IMG/VR virus record: IMGVR_UViG_3300046385_000068
Coordinates: 1-41,127 of that record
Reading direction: 5' to 3' (one strand)
From: a virus
Lineage: Duplodnaviria; Caudoviricetes
Length of the DNA stretch: 41,127 nucleotides
A program made the translations under genes and the position numbers. Below, piece by piece: positions 17,246-26,545 of this stretch (position 1 is its first letter; every line of letters starts with the position of its first letter). The notes under the pieces are model-generated. The model ran no database searches. It was given only the letters and a program-made list of their open reading frames with translations, and was not told the origin of the DNA.

Positions 17246-18237
17246 TACTGGTTTCCTTTCATTTGTTCAGCAACCTTTTTGGCGTATAGTTCTAGTGGTA
17301 CTCCCAATTTCTTAGCAATGGCCACTTGAGACTTAGTAAGTCTTACCTTACTTGGAGCAGTACTACGAGTAGCCGGGGCCACTACGTTACTTGCTGGTTT
17401 GGCACGAGCTTGAGGTTTTTCCTCTTCCTCGGATAGATTTTCTTCAACTTCGCTCCCGAAATATTCGGGGAAACGGCGCTTCATAGTGCCGTCAATGGTC
17501 TTAAAATACTCTTCGGAACCGATGTACTGTTTTCCGAACTGCTTTTCTAATTTCTTATGCAACCCAAGGGCTGAAGCACTCATTTCATCATCGTCACCGT
17601 ACCAAGGGTTTTCATCTAGCCACTTAGAAGTACGCGGATCAACTTGAGGTTGTTGCTCTTGCGTGTCGTATGATGGTATTTGTACATCAAATTCTCTAGC
17701 TTGTAAAGGTTTTATTGCATCAGCTTTCTCAATTCTAATTGTAGCCTGAGAAATTCTTGCCTGCGCATCTGCTAATAAGTCGCTGTCACCTGCCTCATAA
17801 GCGTCTTTAAAAGCGCGTTTTGCGGCTTCTAGTTCACCCTGAGCGGCTGATTTACCTTGGTCAATAAAGACTTTAGTACCCTCTTCGAGCTGCCTTTGTA
17901 GATTTTTAGCCTCATCCGCCATAATTCTAGCTGCGCGGATGGCTTCATCACGCTCACGTTCTGCCGCTTCTTTGGCGCGGCGCTCATCGTGATAACCCTT
18001 AGTAAACTTTTTCATACGAGCTTGAATGCTCTCGTCGTACTTGTTTAGCTTAGCTTCTGGGATTTCTTCTGGGGCTTCGCCTGGTTGACGGTTACGGTCT
18101 TCTGGAGGTGTATCATCTACAATCTCAATTTCTGACTCGGGTTCAGCCACATTCGCTGCGTCTTCTGCAACCTTCGTAGCTTTGTTTTCCTCTTCTAGTT
18201 CGTGAGGAAACTTAAATTCTTCCATATATTCTGCCAT
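17245..18237 (-). CDS. Putative capsid scaffolding protein
   Basis: Acidic coiled coil, NPWYG, C-terminal VRLTKSQVAIAKKLGV; between portal and capsid. Confidence 0.7.
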   Translation of the reverse strand: MAEYMEEFKFPHELEEENKATKVAEDAANVAEPESEIEIVDDTPPEDRNRQPGEAPEEIPEAKLNKYDESIQARMKKFTKGYHDERRAKEAAERERDEAIRAARIMADEAKNLQRQLEEGTKVFIDQGKSAAQGELEAAKRAFKDAYEAGDSDLLADAQARISQATIRIEKADAIKPLQAREFDVQIPSYDTQEQQPQVDPRTSKWLDENPWYGDDDEMSASALGLHKKLEKQFGKQYIGSEEYFKTIDGTMKRRFPEYFGSEVEENLSEEEEKPQARAKPASNVVAPATRSTAPSKVRLTKSQVAIAKKLGVPLELYAKKVAEQMKGNQ

Positions 18238-18247
18238 TTTTTACTCC

Positions 18248-18646
18248 TTAAGCACGTTTAATACCACGAGGATCCAGTACAGTACCTTCTACTGAGTCAT
18301 CATTGATAATACGGAATTCGCGACCATGAATTTTTAAGCGTGTACCTGAATTAGGTCTAGCCAAAACAAAGTCGCCCACTTTACACCAAGGGCCATTAGG
18401 GAAACGTACTGTGTCCTTATAGCAATCTGGTCCCATTTTCACTACGAAAAAAACCGTTGATAGGATTTCTTCATGGTGCATTGTTGCGTCAGCTTTAATA
18501 ATGCCACTGTCGTATTTTTCCTCAATCTCAGGAATTGCACAGAGAATGCGGTAGCCAGATGGGTCCGGCAGTTGTGTAGCTTTATCGTCATCGGTCTTAT
18601 CTAGTACAGCAGATAAGTCGACAGCTTGTGACAAATCAATCGTCAT
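18248..18646 (-). CDS. groES: GroES-like co-chaperonin
   Basis: PSGYRIL, SGII, VVKMG, KVGDFV, GT, RIINDDSV motifs. Confidence 0.8.
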   Translation of the reverse strand: MTIDLSQAVDLSAVLDKTDDDKATQLPDPSGYRILCAIPEIEEKYDSGIIKADATMHHEEILSTVFFVVKMGPDCYKDTVRFPNGPWCKVGDFVLARPNSGTRLKIHGREFRIINDDSVEGTVLDPRGIKRA

Positions 18647-18827
18647 CAGAGTTCTCCAGTCTTTGCACGAGGTCTTTAGTTATTTGAATAGCGGACTCCA
18701 GACCCCGGATTGTGCCCACTACTTGCCGGTATTCCTCGATGGTTTGAGGTCTACCAGCTATGATCGACTGTGAATGAATAACTACTTCATCCTGAAACTC
18801 TTTAATTAAATAATCAAAGTTGTTCAA
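18636..18827 (-). CDS. Small conserved portal-adjacent protein
   Basis: EYRQVVGTIRGL; ATGA overlap with portal stop. Confidence 0.65.
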   Translation of the reverse strand: MNNFDYLIKEFQDEVVIHSQSIIAGRPQTIEEYRQVVGTIRGLESAIQITKDLVQRLENSDDD

Positions 18828-21316
18828 TTATTTTCCTTTTTGTTGGGTTCATTTTTTTGGCGATTTTGCGCAGCCATTTGAGCCCTATCCCTAGCAATAT
18901 CTTTACCGATACGTAGTCCTTCTAATTGGTTACGTGAAGATAAATCTTCCTTATCCTTGGCAACCTTGGCACCAACCTGCATGCCAGCAATTTCTTTTTG
19001 CGATGCAATACGTTCTTGCTCGACCTCAATCTGGTCGGCTTTAGCAGCTGCATCCATGATGTCTTTTTGTTTCTTACGCTCAAGTTCAGCCTTCTTAATA
19101 GCCAACTCTTCCTGCTGCATTTGGATGAGTGGGTCTTGGGCTTGCTGGGCTGCCTGTTGAGCTTGCTGCTCTTGGACATTCTTCTGTAATAACTGTTGAG
19201 CTGCTTGAGCAGATGCTTGCGCCACGCGAGCGGCAACCATTGGGTCCATACGCGGAGCGTCTTCACCTGGTTCTGGTAGTTGAGGCAACGGCATACCAAG
19301 CTGGGCTTCGATCTGTCTTCTGTACTCAAACCCTAAGTGTTCCGCGATATGAGCTGACATCGCCGCACCAATCTGCTGTGCCAATGGGCTTGATTGAACC
19401 AACTGCATAATCTTTGGATCCTGCATGGCCGCCATATGAACGGTAATATGTGATTCGTGGTCCTGCTCAATAAATGCTTTTACTGGCTTCATCTTTAAAA
19501 GATTCTGGTTTTCGGACACAGGGTCGGTCGGCACCATGTCATCTTCCATCGGGATAAGCTTGGCCGCGTTCTTGATGCCGAGGACCTCGACCATTTGACG
19601 GTGTAGGAGCGGGAGATTGTATAGTTGAGGAGCTGACTGTGCCAACTGCAATACCGCTTGGTACTGAACAATCTTTTGCGCCATTGTCGCTGCATTTGGG
19701 TCAGAGACAGGTATAACTTCGACGTTGTCGTAATCCGACTTCTTCGCAGCACGTGAGCCTTCTTCTGGTTCATAGTCATATTCTTCTGGTGTGTAATCCG
19801 CAATGATGTTCTTTAATAACTTGAACTCAACCTTCATAGCGTAGTGAACGCGCGCTTGAACAGCTGACATTACCTTGAGGGTTCTTTCCAAAATAGCTAG
19901 TGTTGTACCAACCGGAGCATTAGCGCCCATGTCAGAAATCTTAGTGTCACCAGCCGTTGCAAACGCGCGTCCTTCGGCCACAATATTCTGGAACAAAGTG
20001 TAAAGAACTTGTGATGGCTCTTTGTAAGGTAACGGTAAGATGTTATCTCTGATTGAGCCGCTAGGTACGTCTACGTCTCTGAATTCACCTGGAGCGATTG
20101 GCGTGTCGTCGCCTTTGACTCGTAAGCCTCTTGATTTAAGTCCGCCGGGTAGGTTTGATAAAGTTCCAGCATCAACAAGCTGGCGAATAATACTAGTAGC
20201 AGAGCGAGCATAGCCACCAATAAGATGAATAAGTCCATAGCCGTAAAACCCGAAACCTGGGATATATTGGTAATGTACAAAATGATTCCTCTTTAGTTTA
20301 AGAACATCTTCCTCGTACCAGTTTCTTCTGATAGCTAGGATTGTGCCTGACTGTTTCTCAATTGTAATAACGTATGGCAAGCCAATGCCAGTCTCTTCGC
20401 CGTCTCTCTCATCTTCATAACCTGGCATGTCAAAGTTAATGTGCATCTCAAGAATACGGTAGCGATTATCAGTCGTCGCAGTATAGCCAACACCTTCCGC
20501 TTTTTTCTTCTCGATATCATCCAACTCACCCGACGGTTCTGGTAAATCTACGTCACGGTAAAAGCCAGCTGCCATTAGCTTTTTCATTTCATTCTTAGTT
20601 TTACGCATTACGTGGGTTACACGGTCTGCTGTTTCTAAGTTAGCTGCGCCGTAAGGTACAACCATATCTTCTGCTGGAATGAACATGGCTACTTGACGGC
20701 CTAATGATGGATCGTAGTAAACCTTTTTAAATGCTGAACCTGCTAATGGTAAATTCCACAATAGCTTCTCATGTTCTGGGCGGTACTCAGTCATCTGCTC
20801 AGTCAACTTAAAGTTCATGTCTTCGCGTACACGGCTAGCAGCTTGTTCTTTATCGCGGGTATCTTTACCAATGATCTGAGTCTTAACTGGACCCTGTGCT
20901 GGGAAAGTCTCCATGATTGATTCTGATTGGAAGCGCACTACTGACTCTGTTAGCATCGGGTGGAATACACCGCATGCGCCTTCCCATGGCTCAGTCTTTT
21001 CTTCTAGCTTAAGACCAAGTAACTTTAAACCGTCTGAATATGTATCAACCCAATCTTTGCGGGCGCCAACGTCACCATCAAACATACCAACTAAATCACC
21101 AGCAATTTCTTGCAGCTCACTGTCGTCCATATCCTCGGCAAGGTTACGGCCAAATTCTGGGTCTTCTGCCTCTTGCTCCATCTCTAGGATTGGCTGACCG
21201 TCCAGACCAATTGTTACAGACTCTGGATCCTCAATCTCAATCTCGATCTCTGGCATATCTTCTGCCATCTGTTCAAGACCCATTGGGGCTGCATATAAAC
21301 TCTTTTCAATTGCCAT
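18824..21316 (-). CDS. Portal protein
   Basis: 830 aa after terminase; PWEGAC, GSAFKKVYYD, GFYGYGL motifs; Gln-rich C-terminal coiled coil. Confidence 0.88.
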   Translation of the reverse strand: MAIEKSLYAAPMGLEQMAEDMPEIEIEIEDPESVTIGLDGQPILEMEQEAEDPEFGRNLAEDMDDSELQEIAGDLVGMFDGDVGARKDWVDTYSDGLKLLGLKLEEKTEPWEGACGVFHPMLTESVVRFQSESIMETFPAQGPVKTQIIGKDTRDKEQAASRVREDMNFKLTEQMTEYRPEHEKLLWNLPLAGSAFKKVYYDPSLGRQVAMFIPAEDMVVPYGAANLETADRVTHVMRKTKNEMKKLMAAGFYRDVDLPEPSGELDDIEKKKAEGVGYTATTDNRYRILEMHINFDMPGYEDERDGEETGIGLPYVITIEKQSGTILAIRRNWYEEDVLKLKRNHFVHYQYIPGFGFYGYGLIHLIGGYARSATSIIRQLVDAGTLSNLPGGLKSRGLRVKGDDTPIAPGEFRDVDVPSGSIRDNILPLPYKEPSQVLYTLFQNIVAEGRAFATAGDTKISDMGANAPVGTTLAILERTLKVMSAVQARVHYAMKVEFKLLKNIIADYTPEEYDYEPEEGSRAAKKSDYDNVEVIPVSDPNAATMAQKIVQYQAVLQLAQSAPQLYNLPLLHRQMVEVLGIKNAAKLIPMEDDMVPTDPVSENQNLLKMKPVKAFIEQDHESHITVHMAAMQDPKIMQLVQSSPLAQQIGAAMSAHIAEHLGFEYRRQIEAQLGMPLPQLPEPGEDAPRMDPMVAARVAQASAQAAQQLLQKNVQEQQAQQAAQQAQDPLIQMQQEELAIKKAELERKKQKDIMDAAAKADQIEVEQERIASQKEIAGMQVGAKVAKDKEDLSSRNQLEGLRIGKDIARDRAQMAAQNRQKNEPNKKENN

Positions 21317-21323
21317 AATTTAC

Positions 21324-22862
21324 CTATACGTTGTAATAGCCGGGATTGCGCTTGGACTTAAAATATTTAATATCTTCTGGCTCATCTGTGGGGAGCCTCA
21401 TGAACCCACCTTGCCTAAATCGCATCAAAGCTAAAGTCATCGAGTCTGTTAAGTCATCATGTTCGCCCGCGGGGAACGCAGCAACTTCATCAACGAGTTC
21501 TTCAGCCCAACGTGTAGCTGGTGCCCATACTTTACCAGATGCAAATAAATCTGCAACACTATTTAATCTAGAAATCTTATCCTGGCCTTTGCCCGGGCTA
21601 TACTCCGTGGCCGAAATTCCCATACGACGGAGCTCTTGGATAAGTGGAGCGCCAGCAGCTTTTTTTTCAACCAGGAAGGAATCCGGTTCGTATTCTTGGT
21701 AATGCTCGAACGCTTTTTTCTTAAGTTCCGGGAACTCCATGCGTGCTTTAAAGGCGTCGAGAAGTATGATATTCGGTAACATGTTGTCCTCTTCGTAATA
21801 CCATACGCCCCACGTTGTGCACGCCGAGTAGTCGTTAACCGTCTTCTTTTCATGAGCCGTATCCCACGCCTGAATTATAAACTCACACTGCGGCGGGTCA
21901 TCCGCTTCCCATATCTGCCACCATTCACGCTTAATAATAGCTGAGCTGTCTGACACTGGGTCCTGCATATACTGAGCCATCCACTTACCGTTAGGTAACT
22001 CGTTACGCAAAACTTCTAATTCTTTTAGTGACCAGAACTCTGGCCATAGGGGTTTACCCGTAGGTAATATAGCTGGAAAGTCAATCACTCGCCACTCACT
22101 ACCACCTCGTTGGGCTTCCGCCTTAATTACTTGGGCTGTCAAATCTCTTAGTGACCATCTAGTCATAACAACTACAATCGCACCGCCCGGCTGCAAACGC
22201 TGTCTCGGACCCGATGTGTACCACTCATAAGTCTTGTCATAAATCTCTGGGTTGAACGCAGCTAGTGCGGCTTCTTGTTCTGAGTGTGGGTCGTCAATAA
22301 TAAGTAAATCCGCGCCTTTACCCGTAACAGCACCGCCCACACCAATAGCGAAATAATCACCACCGAAGTTAGTGTTCCAACGACCAGCAGCTTTAGAATC
22401 TGACTGAAGCTGGACACTTGGGAATATTCTTTTGTACGCATCTGAGTCCACCAAGTTACGCACCTTACGACCAAAGCCAACCGCAAGTTCTGCTGTATGT
22501 GATGTTTGAATTACTTTCTTTTTAGGGAACTTACCTAAAAACCATGAGGGTAAAAGATATGAAGCAAACTCTGACTTGGTATGGCGGGGTGGCATGTTAA
22601 TAATAAGGCGTTTACACTTCCCGTTAGCCACATCTTCAAAAGCTTCTGCCATCTGAGCATGGTGTCTACCCGCAATAAAGTCTGGCCACACCTCATTAAC
22701 AAACGCTAAGAAGTCTGTATCACAAAGCTCGCGCACTTCGCGGGTTTCAATCTCTCCAATGATCTCAATTAACTCAGCCTTTTCATCTTTTGGCATCGCT
22801 TCGAGCATATTATTGCGCTCTAACTCTGGCATGTTACGGAAGGCGTCAATCATTGGGTTCAT
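21324..22862 (-). CDS. terL: Terminase large subunit
   Basis: Walker A MPPRHTKS, Walker B LLIIDD, nuclease WDTA and HDDLTDS. Confidence 0.95.
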   Translation of the reverse strand: MNPMIDAFRNMPELERNNMLEAMPKDEKAELIEIIGEIETREVRELCDTDFLAFVNEVWPDFIAGRHHAQMAEAFEDVANGKCKRLIINMPPRHTKSEFASYLLPSWFLGKFPKKKVIQTSHTAELAVGFGRKVRNLVDSDAYKRIFPSVQLQSDSKAAGRWNTNFGGDYFAIGVGGAVTGKGADLLIIDDPHSEQEAALAAFNPEIYDKTYEWYTSGPRQRLQPGGAIVVVMTRWSLRDLTAQVIKAEAQRGGSEWRVIDFPAILPTGKPLWPEFWSLKELEVLRNELPNGKWMAQYMQDPVSDSSAIIKREWWQIWEADDPPQCEFIIQAWDTAHEKKTVNDYSACTTWGVWYYEEDNMLPNIILLDAFKARMEFPELKKKAFEHYQEYEPDSFLVEKKAAGAPLIQELRRMGISATEYSPGKGQDKISRLNSVADLFASGKVWAPATRWAEELVDEVAAFPAGEHDDLTDSMTLALMRFRQGGFMRLPTDEPEDIKYFKSKRNPGYYNV

Positions 22863-23470
22863 TCAGGTGATCTCCCCAATTCTTTATCTAAATCAATAAT
22901 CATAGCTTTGCGTTTTGTCTTTATCGGGGCTTCTACCAGGTCGACTGGGCCCATATAACGCGCTAGTTTCTTAGCAAGCTCTTCTTCTAACTCTGCTGTG
23001 CTCTTCATATTGACTGAAATATCAATTTTATCGGCAAACATACCCAAATCTGATAATTTTCCTAAGCTTTCTAGCGCTTTTAGTCGGTCAGAAGCCTTTT
23101 CACCTAGGGATTGTGGGTCAGATTCCTCTACTAGACGTGTTTTTACGTATGTCCGTAGCTTAATTGAGTCCTCAACTACCTGATTATGGTACTTATCAAC
23201 TAAATTATTCAGCCACAAAGTAGTTTCTGAGTTGAATGGTCTGCGCATCGCAGTTGGATGCCCGGTAAATTGCTTTGCTGCCTCTCGTGCGGCGCTTTCT
23301 ATGTGCTGCTTGTCTTCTGGTTTGCTAGGGTCTGGCTCAACTAGGCCATTCTCCAATAGAAATTGTCTTGTCCTAAAGGCGGCTTTGGCTCTTTCTTGGA
23401 CAGTCGTCATCTCCTGTGGGGTTAAATCCACTGGGATCGGAATAGAGAACTCCGGTGTTACAACAATCAT
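22859..23470 (-). CDS. Putative terminase small subunit (start probably 23470)
   Basis: RLKALESLGK..DLGMF motif; ATGA overlap with terL. Confidence 0.65.
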   Translation of the reverse strand: MIVVTPEFSIPIPVDLTPQEMTTVQERAKAAFRTRQFLLENGLVEPDPSKPEDKQHIESAAREAAKQFTGHPTAMRRPFNSETTLWLNNLVDKYHNQVVEDSIKLRTYVKTRLVEESDPQSLGEKASDRLKALESLGKLSDLGMFADKIDISVNMKSTAELEEELAKKLARYMGPVDLVEAPIKTKRKAMIIDLDKELGRSPE

Positions 23471-23624
23471 ATTTTGGCAACCTGATTTAGCAAGGCGATG
23501 ACTGAAGTATATACTAAATTGGGCTACTAGCAACTAACTATTAAATAAAAGCAACAAAATTTAAAACATACAGGATATTTTAAGTCGCCGAGCCGACTCA
23601 CTAATTGCGTTCGCCCGAACCATA

Positions 23625-23732
23625 CTACTTTATTTTAAAGTTCTTCTCAACCAATTCAACCCACGTTTCAAAAAACTGCACTGTGAATTTACGATACCCT
23701 TCTAACATGCTGATGACTTCTTTGAATTCCAT
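23625..23732 (-). CDS. 35-aa peptide (not in ORF track)
   Basis: AGGAG RBS; MEFKEVISMLEGYRKFTVQFFETWVELVEKNFKIK. Confidence 0.45.
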   Translation of the reverse strand: MEFKEVISMLEGYRKFTVQFFETWVELVEKNFKIK

Positions 23733-23773
23733 TTGATACTCCTAGATTAATATTGCACTGCAGCAATTATATC

Positions 23774-23920
23774 CTAAATACCTTCTTTGCAATTTTTTAA
23801 TATGTATACCTGGTCTCGGTACACAAACCCACACTCTGATTTGCGTAGTATTTTTACATCGCGCAAAGGCGCAGCGCACCCTAAACATATGCAAGTAATA
23901 AGTATGAGTAAGGCTTTCAT
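23774..23920 (-). CDS. Possible 48-aa lipoprotein
   Basis: MKALLILITCICLGC signal with lipobox-like LGC. Confidence 0.4.
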   Translation of the reverse strand: MKALLILITCICLGCAAPLRDVKILRKSECGFVYRDQVYILKNCKEGI

Positions 23921-24184
23921 ATATAAGATTTTACCTAAAAAATATATAGGTGGGGGTAGGATTCTTTTACTTTGATGACGGGGGGTATTTGCATGAAACG
24001 TTAAGTTAGTGGTTGCTAACAAATCAATAGGGGGACGGGGTTCCGTTGTAAAAATGCTGGTAGAACGTGCAGAACTCAGTATATAGGTAGATGGGATGGG
24101 ACCCAATTTGGAAAAGGCGGGGTGGGGTCAAACTATCATTTTGGAAATCGTGATTTTTTCTAGCGGATTTTTTGGATTTTGTTT

Positions 24185-24199
24185 TCCCTATGATAGGGA
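24185..24199. repeat. 15-bp palindrome copy 1 (TCCCTATGATAGGGA)
   Basis: Read directly. Confidence 0.9.
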
Positions 24200-24227
24200 T
24201 TGAATACCTGACTAACTTATAGGGCTA

Positions 24228-24255
24228 TTGACAAGGTTTATCAATCTGTTATAAT
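24228..24255 (+). promoter_or_regulatory. Sigma70 early promoter
   Basis: TTGACA-16 bp-TATAAT with extended TG. Confidence 0.8.
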
Positions 24256-24309
24256 ATAGTCATAGTTAGGAATGGTTCTTAACTATATAAACTTTAAAGG
24301 AAATACAAA

Positions 24310-24858
24310 ATGACTAAGACTAACAACGCAATTCTTACAATGGTTCAATCAGTTAAGACAACAAGCCAAGGTGCGACGGTTAAGACAACAAGCGCCAAAC
24401 CAAGCCTAACCGCTATCGAAACGCTTAACCTCATTACCGAATCCGCTATCGCTTGCGCCTCAGGTGAAAAAGCAAAGGTAGCATTGGGCGAATCATTAGA
24501 AGCATTTAACAAGGGCGCAATTAACCTCCACAGCGCGGGCGTGCGCTTATTAGACGGGCGTAAAAAGGATGCTAGCTCAATGGCTAACCGTAAAGCGTTT
24601 TTAGACCAAGCCGAGAAAAGCGGGTTATCACCTAAAACCGCTCAAAATTATTATGAGTTGTTTTTCAAAGTGGTGAACTCAGGCAAGGCAATCAAATCTT
24701 TTGACTTTAAAACCAATGCCAAAAAATCAGGCGATAAAGTTGAACAGGAATTCGCCAAAGTTTTAGCGGGTTTATATAATCACTCAGAATTTGATTCGCT
24801 AAGCGAAGAAGCGCAAACAGAGATAACAGAGCTTTTGGTATCTGCTAATTATCTATAA
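24310..24858 (+). CDS. First early gene, hypothetical
   Basis: AAGGA RBS, own promoter and terminator. Confidence 0.75.
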   Translation: MTKTNNAILTMVQSVKTTSQGATVKTTSAKPSLTAIETLNLITESAIACASGEKAKVALGESLEAFNKGAINLHSAGVRLLDGRKKDASSMANRKAFLDQAEKSGLSPKTAQNYYELFFKVVNSGKAIKSFDFKTNAKKSGDKVEQEFAKVLAGLYNHSEFDSLSEEAQTEITELLVSANYL

Positions 24859-24873
24859 TCCCTATCATATGGA
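24859..24873. repeat. 15-bp palindrome copy 2 (TCCCTATCATATGGA, one mismatch)
   Basis: Read directly, between stop codon and terminator. Confidence 0.8.
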
Positions 24874-24876
24874 TTG

Positions 24877-24901
24877 ACCCCGCCAAGCGCGGGGTTTTTT
24901 T
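24877..24901 (+). terminator. Rho-independent terminator
   Basis: ACCCCGC/GCGGGGT stem plus T-run. Confidence 0.85.
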
Positions 24902-24952
24902 CCGCCTTCTTTTTATTCTTGATTTTGTTTTCACAAAATATTTTTCTTTAAA

Positions 24953-25330
24953 TACTATCATTACTATCATGCTGGCTCAGTAGTCGGGCAGGTGAGTAGT
25001 CAGGTAGACGAGTAGGCTAGTTTGTAAACTTAATCGAATGCCAGAAACTTGTTCAACTTAGTACAATGCCACAAACTTAACCGAATGCCACAACACACTT
25101 TTAAAAAACTCGGAAAAACCGACAAATCAATAAGCATAAGGGTTTGCGAGGTGCAAGGTGTATAATTTCTGAGTTATATAATATATGACTATTCTATAAA
25201 AATATATATAGTAAGACAATGTATATACATGAATTATTTTATTTCCAAACTCACCTTGGAAAGGGGTCTTTTTTCGGAAATTCCGCAAAATCAATGTTTA
25301 TAAGGGGGTATTTTCCTAATTTCCGATTTG
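24953..25330. repeat. Origin-like region: short direct repeats, 33-bp imperfect direct repeats, AT-rich core
   Basis: AACTTA-N4-AATGCCA x3; TCGGAAA-N7-AAATCAAT-N4-ATAAGGG at 25110 and 25274. Confidence 0.55.
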
Positions 25331-25382
25331 CACAATTTTTAAGCAGGTGTTTTTACCCCTAAAACAGCCAAATTCGACCTAA

Positions 25383-25397
25383 TCCCTATCATAGGGA
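25383..25397. repeat. 15-bp palindrome copy 3 (TCCCTATCATAGGGA)
   Basis: Read directly. Confidence 0.9.
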
Positions 25398-25497
25398 ATA
25401 AAACTTGTATTACAAACAAAATACTTCTTTACTACGCTTGTGGGTTGTGGCACACTACGCTTGTAGTAAATCTATAACACATTGTAAGGACAATTAA

Positions 25498-25842
25498 ATG
25501 ACCCAAAGAACCCGAAAATCACATAACAACGCAATCCTAAACATCAGATTGCCCGAACCAGTCCTAACCCAACTGACCACAATTTCAGACGCTCAATACA
25601 AATCTGTTAGCACAGTCGTGCGAGATTTAATCGTTCAGCACATCCAACAGAACTCAATCTTTTTGACCACACAGACACAAACCCAATCAACCCGAATTGG
25701 TAAACCCATGAGTGACAAAGAATACAAGTTTATGCGTGAACAAGAAATGCGTGGTGCATCACCCCTCCGACCTCAATCACCGAGCAATCAACAAACCCTT
25801 GAAATGCGACTAACACCTGATGAACTTTCTGAGTGGGAATAA
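25498..25842 (+). CDS. Ribbon-helix-helix (Arc/CopG-like) DNA-binding protein
   Basis: LNIRLPEPVLTQL...SVSTVVRDLI pattern; AAGGA RBS. Confidence 0.7.
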   Translation: MTQRTRKSHNNAILNIRLPEPVLTQLTTISDAQYKSVSTVVRDLIVQHIQQNSIFLTTQTQTQSTRIGKPMSDKEYKFMREQEMRGASPLRPQSPSNQQTLEMRLTPDELSEWE

Positions 25843-25844
25843 CT

Positions 25845-26054
25845 ATGCACCGCACCACAAAAGAATTAGCCGAACTAATCCACAAGTCCAAGCTAAAGAA
25901 GCGAGGGGTAAAACTATCACTTTTTGCTGAGATAGATGGGGAGGTTCGGTCACTTCAACAATGGGCTAAAGACTTCGACCTCAAATACTACACCGTGCTC
26001 AAACGCCACAAGAAGGGCGTAACTGGCAGAGAACTCATCAAACCAGTAGATTAA
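25845..26054 (+). CDS. Small HTH-like DNA-binding protein
   Basis: IDGEVRSLQQWAKDFDLKYYTVLKRHKKG, as seen in HNH-associated DNA-binding tails. Confidence 0.55.
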   Translation: MHRTTKELAELIHKSKLKKRGVKLSLFAEIDGEVRSLQQWAKDFDLKYYTVLKRHKKGVTGRELIKPVD

Positions 26055-26104
26055 AAACCACTAGCTCATGGTAGCTCACGCCTAACCTCACACCAAAACA
26101 TAGC

Positions 26105-26133
26105 TTGACAAACCTAGTATAAGCTGGTATACT
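26105..26133 (+). promoter_or_regulatory. Sigma70 early promoter
   Basis: TTGACA-17 bp-TATACT with extended TG. Confidence 0.8.
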
Positions 26134-26173
26134 TTAGTTATAGTTGGAAGTAGTACGTTTTGGTGTAGCCAAA

Positions 26174-26188
26174 TCCCTATGATAGGGA
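26174..26188. repeat. 15-bp palindrome copy 4 (TCCCTATGATAGGGA)
   Basis: Read directly. Confidence 0.9.
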
Positions 26189-26223
26189 ATAGCCCTTGAT
26201 GAGTAGCCAACCCTCTTTAACAA

Positions 26224-26520
26224 ACCGCATAAATGCCACTAAACAAAGTGGTGCAAGGTAGGCGTAGGTAGCAACAGTCATAAATAAGCGTGACGAGTTT
26301 TGTTGTTCGCCGAGCAGTAGCCTTGCGGTATCTAGTGTGTAGGTGGTTATTTGTATTGGGTTTATTTGTAGTGCATGCCGCACCGATAAGACCTTTTATA
26401 AATACCATGTGACCATACACATTACCGACCCACGCCCTAACCTCTTACAAGAACTGCGTTCATAGCAGAAGGCAAACAACATAGAAGATTTATAGAACAC
26501 TTGGGCAGCCGAGTGTTCAC
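26224..26520 (+). ncRNA. Candidate structured non-coding RNA / long leader
   Basis: Two long nested irregular hairpins plus 3' hairpin, downstream of a promoter, no plus-strand ORF in track. Confidence 0.5.
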
Positions 26521-26545
26521 TTAAGTTTTTTACAAGGAGAAGTAA

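Noticed and set aside
409-23501. Plus-strand ORFs in the structural arm (e.g. 1630..2121, 4239..4643, 12161..12559, 21346..21702)
   Set aside because: Antisense shadows of well-supported minus-strand genes, with no recognisable motifs.
24953-25100. Short repeats as a CRISPR mini-array
   Set aside because: Repeats are 17 bp or less, degenerate, and lack spacer-length unique sequences.
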